Source: an uncultured Dehalococcoidia bacterium (GTDB taxonomy: Bacteria; Chloroflexota; Dehalococcoidia; UBA6926). From it: a DNA stretch of 64,000 nt. A model generated the notes under the pieces. That model saw only the letters and a program-made list of their open reading frames with translations. It had not been told where the DNA came from and made no database searches. The translations under genes and the position numbers were made by a program. Positions 60,294 through 64,000 of the stretch are shown here, piece by piece. The stretch spans positions 24,497 through 88,496 of the forward strand of contig CAYOPL010000009.1 in the NCBI GenBank assembly GCA_964405845.1. Direction: 5' to 3'. Each line of letters opens with the position of its first letter. Within the stretch, counting starts at the first letter, position 1.

Positions 60294-61997
60294 TTAGCCC
60301 TCTACAGGACGGGGACGCATCCGGTGGTAGAGACTGTCCCACTGGTAGGCGCTCAGCCCAGACAGCGCCAGTCGGGGGGAGGACGGCTCCCACAAGGGAC
60401 GCCAGGACTCCCCCAGTATCCCCCTGCGTGACAGCACGAACATGCAGGACACCAGGACAGGCACGGTCATAAGAGTCATGCTGGCCGCTGTGCTCACGTA
60501 GGTCTCTTCGACCTCCTCGGTGTCCACGACGAACAGGGTGATGGGGAACGGCGGCTGGTCCTCCCCTGGCTCGTTGGAGTGGTAGTACATGGTGTAGGGT
60601 CTCAGGCGGGCCATGACTCCCTGCGGGTGGCGGGCTCTCAGCTCGTGTTCGAGGTAGAACGGCACGTGTAGCCCGGCGGTGATGAGATGCCCCACGGCGT
60701 CGGGGGCGATGGCCGACTGTCCCCAGTTGTAGGCCCGGTCGGAGCGGGCGGTGGGAACGGACCACACCAGCTCGCTGTCGGGGTTCTCCCTGGCCTCAGC
60801 CTGAAGCTTCGAGAGGACCCACGTGATGCCGTCGGCGTGCTTCGTCTGCCTCGCCCACGTCGCGATGCGGTGCCCCACGTGACGGGGGCGTCCCTCTTTG
60901 TCGGTGGTGAGATCCGTGCTCCAGATGCCCCGCGTGGTGGGAAGCTCGGCCCGGTCCCGGTGGGTGACGTAGCGTATCCCCTCGCCGGACAGCGTGTAGC
61001 GCACCTCGCCCCGTTTGCCCAGGCGTTCGATGAGGCCCCGGGTCTTCACCAGGCTGCGCATCATCTGACTGACCCGCCCGTCGGAGACGCCGAGCCAGGT
61101 TGCCAGGTGCTCACGGGGGATCATCGGATGGTCGGTGATCAGGTCAAGCGTCCGCTTCTCAGCGGGGCTGAGGCCGAAAGCTGGCGCAGCCTGCGTCATG
61201 CGTTCAGGCTGCGGCATGGAGGCGCGTTTCCGCTCCGGCGACTGGCCAAGCCCTCCGCCGCGCTTGCCGTAAGCGGTCACCGACTCCAGCGGGTAATACG
61301 TAAGTCCGAACAGTCCCGTGGGTTGGCACCAGACTCGGCGATTTCGTCGTTCCAGGGCGTCCCTGGACTCCACGGCGACGTAGCAGTCGCTCAGGTCGTT
61401 GTTGATGCAGTACCTCGCCGTCCTTCGCAGCTCCCATGCGCTGGGCACAAGGATCAGCACCGTACCGGGGCGACGCGAATAGCTGTACTGCGCTATAGCC
61501 TTCAGCCGGTCGTAGAGAGACCGGCGTCGCAGAGCCAGACCCTGGCGCACCACGCCGAAGTCACGGCCGTCGTGGAGAGTGATGGTGGCGTCGAAACGGC
61601 CCCGGCGGTGGAACTCCACACGGGAACGCAACCCGTCCGTGCCGGGGGACATGGTGGCGGCCAAGCGGTAGACGGCGGCCACCGCGTCCATCCGGCGGAG
61701 GAGAAGCGTGAGCCACTCCCTGGACATGGGGTAGGCCCGCACGAAGTCGGAGGGCGTGTCGAAGTCCAGGAAGTCGGCGGACTCGCGAACGCCCTGCGCC
61801 GTGAGGCAGTATCGTGCACTGGACGGCAGGTGCACGGTGCCGTGGGTGGCCTTCCCCACGATACCGTCGGTCAGCAGCTCGGACAGCCTGCGGTGGACGG
61901 TGGCGTGGGGCTCGCCCAGGATGAGCGCCAACTCCGTCGATTCGACGAACGGCATCCGGCTGAGGGCGTCGAGCAACTGATGGTCTGAGAGGGCCAT
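60294..61997 (-). CDS. replication-relaxation family protein, paralog of 27621..29183
   Basis: Start taken at ATG 61997 (MALSDHQLLDALSRMPFVESTEL...) by alignment with the paralog. A GTG at 62102 would add a Cys-rich 35-aa N-terminus. Shared motifs RMDAVAAVYRL, ITLHDGRDFGV. Confidence 0.5.
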   Translation of the reverse strand: MALSDHQLLDALSRMPFVESTELALILGEPHATVHRRLSELLTDGIVGKATHGTVHLPSSARYCLTAQGVRESADFLDFDTPSDFVRAYPMSREWLTLLLRRMDAVAAVYRLAATMSPGTDGLRSRVEFHRRGRFDATITLHDGRDFGVVRQGLALRRRSLYDRLKAIAQYSYSRRPGTVLILVPSAWELRRTARYCINNDLSDCYVAVESRDALERRNRRVWCQPTGLFGLTYYPLESVTAYGKRGGGLGQSPERKRASMPQPERMTQAAPAFGLSPAEKRTLDLITDHPMIPREHLATWLGVSDGRVSQMMRSLVKTRGLIERLGKRGEVRYTLSGEGIRYVTHRDRAELPTTRGIWSTDLTTDKEGRPRHVGHRIATWARQTKHADGITWVLSKLQAEARENPDSELVWSVPTARSDRAYNWGQSAIAPDAVGHLITAGLHVPFYLEHELRARHPQGVMARLRPYTMYYHSNEPGEDQPPFPITLFVVDTEEVEETYVSTAASMTLMTVPVLVSCMFVLSRRGILGESWRPLWEPSSPRLALSGLSAYQWDSLYHRMRPRPVEG

Positions 61998-62213
61998 AAG
62001 CCTGACTGTAGCGAGAAAGCGCCCTCGTGGGCAATCACCACATGACAGCGACTCCGATTGGCACCGCCAGACTGCTGAGAAGCATTGATCGCAAGGAGTC
62101 ACCTACGGCTAGTCGTGCTCGTAGCCAGCCCGCGCATATCGTCCATGCGTCTCTCTAGTTGAAGGCTTTTAGACGTTGATTCACCGCTACTTGAAGTATA
62201 TACTTCCGAGTAG

Positions 62214-62420
62214 TTGGAAGGGAGTAGCAGCTTGAAAGGTACTGAGAACGGACAACGTGGAACTTTCCTGGTGACGGCGTATAGGTGTCGTTGTGGACAC
62301 GAGTGGGTTCCAAAGAAACTTCGCAGCGCGGAACGTCCACGGGTTTGCCCAAAGTGCAAGAGCGCCAATTGGGACAGGCCCTATCAATTTCGGAGGGGAG
62401 GTGCTCCTAGCCAATCATGA
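62214..62420 (+). CDS. small zinc-ribbon protein, 68 aa
   Basis: CRCGHEW...CPKCKS. Its stop overlaps the MTase start (ATGA). Lies in the lower-GC island. Confidence 0.3.
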   Translation: MEGSSSLKGTENGQRGTFLVTAYRCRCGHEWVPKKLRSAERPRVCPKCKSANWDRPYQFRRGGAPSQS

Positions 62421-63340
62421 GTATTCTTGAAGCACTCAACTCTGCCGACTTGCTGACTTTGGACAAAGGCCACATTCTTCTTGGAAACGCATTCGACTGG
62501 CTGGAGAAGGCCGAACGGAACTCGATTCACGCCGTGGTGACCGACCCGCCGTACGGGTTGGTTGAGTACTCACCATGTCAACTCGAAAAGCTCCGCAACG
62601 GCAACGGAGGGGTTTGGCGGATACCCCCGGCGTTCGACAACGCCGCCCGCAAGCCCGTTCCTAGATTCACAGTGCTAAATGACGACGATAAGGAGCGTCT
62701 TGAGGCGTTCTTTGATCACTTTGCCGCCCTGCTGATGCCGGTCTTGGTTCCCGGTGCTCACGTCTTTATAGCGACCAACCCTCTAGTTTCCCACTTCGTC
62801 TATCTGCCCTTCGTCAAGGCGGGCTTCGAGAAGCGAGGAGAGATCGTCCGTGTGGTTCAAACCCTGCGTGGTGGTGACCGTCCCAAGAATGCTCACGTTG
62901 AGTTCTCCTCTGTCTCGGTGATGCCCCGGTCCTGCTGGGAACCGTGGGGCCTGTTCCGCAAGCCATGTGAAGGACGTGTCCAAGACAATCTCCGCAAATG
63001 GAAGACAGGGGGGCTTTCGCGTGTGTCTGACACTGAACCATTTCGGGATCTCATTCAATCCTCTCCCGCTCGGGGACTCGAAAAGAAGGTAGCTCCTCAC
63101 CCGACGCTAAAGCCCCAAGACTTCATGCGGCAACTTGCACGGGCTTCTCTCCCGTTGGGCGAAGGCGTAATCCTTGACCCGTTTATGGGTTCCGGCTCTA
63201 CGATCGCGGCAGCTACCGCTTGTGGTCTCGACAGTATAGGTATCGAGATTGACCCGGAGTACTTCAAGATGGCGCGTACAGCTATTCCTCAGCTAGCGAA
63301 GTACGTCCCTAACGGAAGTAGGCATAATGGTCAGAAATGA
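62417..63340 (+). CDS. DNA methyltransferase, beta-class N4-C/N6-A type (motif IV DPPY before motif I)
   Basis: ATG at 62417. VVTDPPYGL (motif IV) near the N-terminus and DPFMGSGSTIAAA (motif I/AdoMet) near the C-terminus. ~53% GC against ~67% background. Confidence 0.8.
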   Translation: MSILEALNSADLLTLDKGHILLGNAFDWLEKAERNSIHAVVTDPPYGLVEYSPCQLEKLRNGNGGVWRIPPAFDNAARKPVPRFTVLNDDDKERLEAFFDHFAALLMPVLVPGAHVFIATNPLVSHFVYLPFVKAGFEKRGEIVRVVQTLRGGDRPKNAHVEFSSVSVMPRSCWEPWGLFRKPCEGRVQDNLRKWKTGGLSRVSDTEPFRDLIQSSPARGLEKKVAPHPTLKPQDFMRQLARASLPLGEGVILDPFMGSGSTIAAATACGLDSIGIEIDPEYFKMARTAIPQLAKYVPNGSRHNGQK

Positions 63341-63935
63341 CTGGTTCGATTCATCGGTGCCGCTGCCTCCAGGTCTAACTGTCGGCGCGATCCGTAGGTC
63401 TATAGACTATGTCCAGCGTGAGCTTGCGGAGTTGGTGGAAATCTACGATGAGCAGATGAACGTATTCAGCGCAATTGTCGGTATCTTCGGTACGCGAGCA
63501 CTAGATTCGGTCAGCAACTACGAGAAGCACAGGAACCTTGACACCGCCCAGCAACGGTTTCCCGATCTGCGTCGAAGAGGGTCCGGTTCGAACCCCACGG
63601 CCAACGACTCATTGGAGAGTAAGGCAAGCAAGAGGCCGTGGGCGCTGCAATCGCATTTCGACCATCCTGGATGGTACATCGTCTGGCGGTATCTTGTTGA
63701 CCCTACCGAGACGTTAGAAGCTGGCAGGCCGGTCATTGTTTGGCGCGTGGACGTCGCATTCATCAACAAGGAAGATTGGAAGTACGAATCAAGCAGGGCA
63801 GGACCGGCGGGCGGAGGACGCACCCATACGTTCGGTCTACATCGCCCGGCAACCAAATTGCGGGGCAAGTCAGTCTATCGACGACGCGATGTCGTCCTAG
63901 TTGGTGGGAAGCCGATCCCTGCAAATGGCGATTAG
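63327..63935 (+). CDS. hypothetical protein translationally coupled to the MTase; candidate restriction endonuclease partner
   Basis: ATG at 63327 overlapping the MTase 3' end by 14 nt. 202 aa, no recognisable family. The putative PD-(D/E)XK-like stretch VDVAFINKEDWK is weak. Confidence 0.3.
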   Translation: MVRNDWFDSSVPLPPGLTVGAIRRSIDYVQRELAELVEIYDEQMNVFSAIVGIFGTRALDSVSNYEKHRNLDTAQQRFPDLRRRGSGSNPTANDSLESKASKRPWALQSHFDHPGWYIVWRYLVDPTETLEAGRPVIVWRVDVAFINKEDWKYESSRAGPAGGGRTHTFGLHRPATKLRGKSVYRRRDVVLVGGKPIPANGD

Positions 63936-64000
63936 GCACATTAGGTAAGGTGCCGATGGCGAATGACGGAAGGGGGTCCGCCATGCTAAACCTAAAGGCC

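Noticed and set aside
1-64000. CRISPR arrays or rRNA genes
   Set aside because: No short regularly spaced exact repeats with unique spacers were seen. The repeats found are long coding tandem repeats (294 bp) or dispersed duplicated gene ends. No rRNA-like conserved stretches.

Overview
High-GC (~65-70%) bacterial window dominated by a conjugative/integrative element. Flanking the element's cargo are lower-GC (~50-55%) islands at both window ends: a truncated gene at 1-655 and an MTase-linked R-M-like pair at 62.2-63.9 kb. Left half: a ~14.6-kb leftward operon (16265 down to 1608) resembling a plasmid or ICE leading region. In transcription order it encodes a small membrane protein, a CHC2/Toprim primase, a Rad52-family annealing protein, a 16-Cys protein, a TSCPD-like protein, a Cas4/RecB-like Fe-S nuclease, SSB, RadC/JAB, two hypotheticals, a gamma-class N6-adenine MTase, an SF2 (DEVH) helicase with zinc ribbon, and then a ubiquitin-like cassette: Ubl - 76 aa - 281 aa - E2-like - JAB/MPN - ThiF/E1 - DUF2958 - acidic protein. 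The cassette is bracketed by ~300-bp direct repeats of the helicase 3' end and closes with a hairpin terminator. This is my best candidate for the poorly characterised system in the window. A 1.2-kb non-coding region (16266-17505) upstream of this operon carries direct repeats and a duplicated gene 3' end. Rightward from ~18.4 kb is a divergent regulatory region with operator-like repeats, then a minimal T4SS: a secreted protein, a VirB6-like membrane protein, a pilin-like protein, a VirB3-like protein, the VirB4 ATPase, a VirD4-type coupling protein and a replication-relaxation family protein. Four tandem small HTH genes follow, three of them paralogous, then an orphan PRTase-domain gene. Middle: a surface-protein cluster. 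It holds a 2806-aa giant protein with Calx-beta repeats, an SRCR domain and near-identical 294-bp tandem DNA repeats, then a lipoprotein, a CARDB-like protein, a 1150-aa LRR protein and a secreted protein. Their promoters share a 20-bp motif, and a NarL-type two-component system sits next to them. Then an SOS mutagenesis cassette (imuB-dnaE2 behind a Cheo-type LexA box) plus an SRAP/YedK peptidase. Right end: two convergent, 3'-overlapping large serine recombinase paralogs, a VapBC toxin-antitoxin pair, an excisionase-family HTH protein, a second replication-relaxation paralog and the lower-GC MTase with a downstream putative partner gene. No rRNA, tRNA or CRISPR array was found. The ORF track shows any start codon as M; start sites were refined by hand from RBS and coupling signals.
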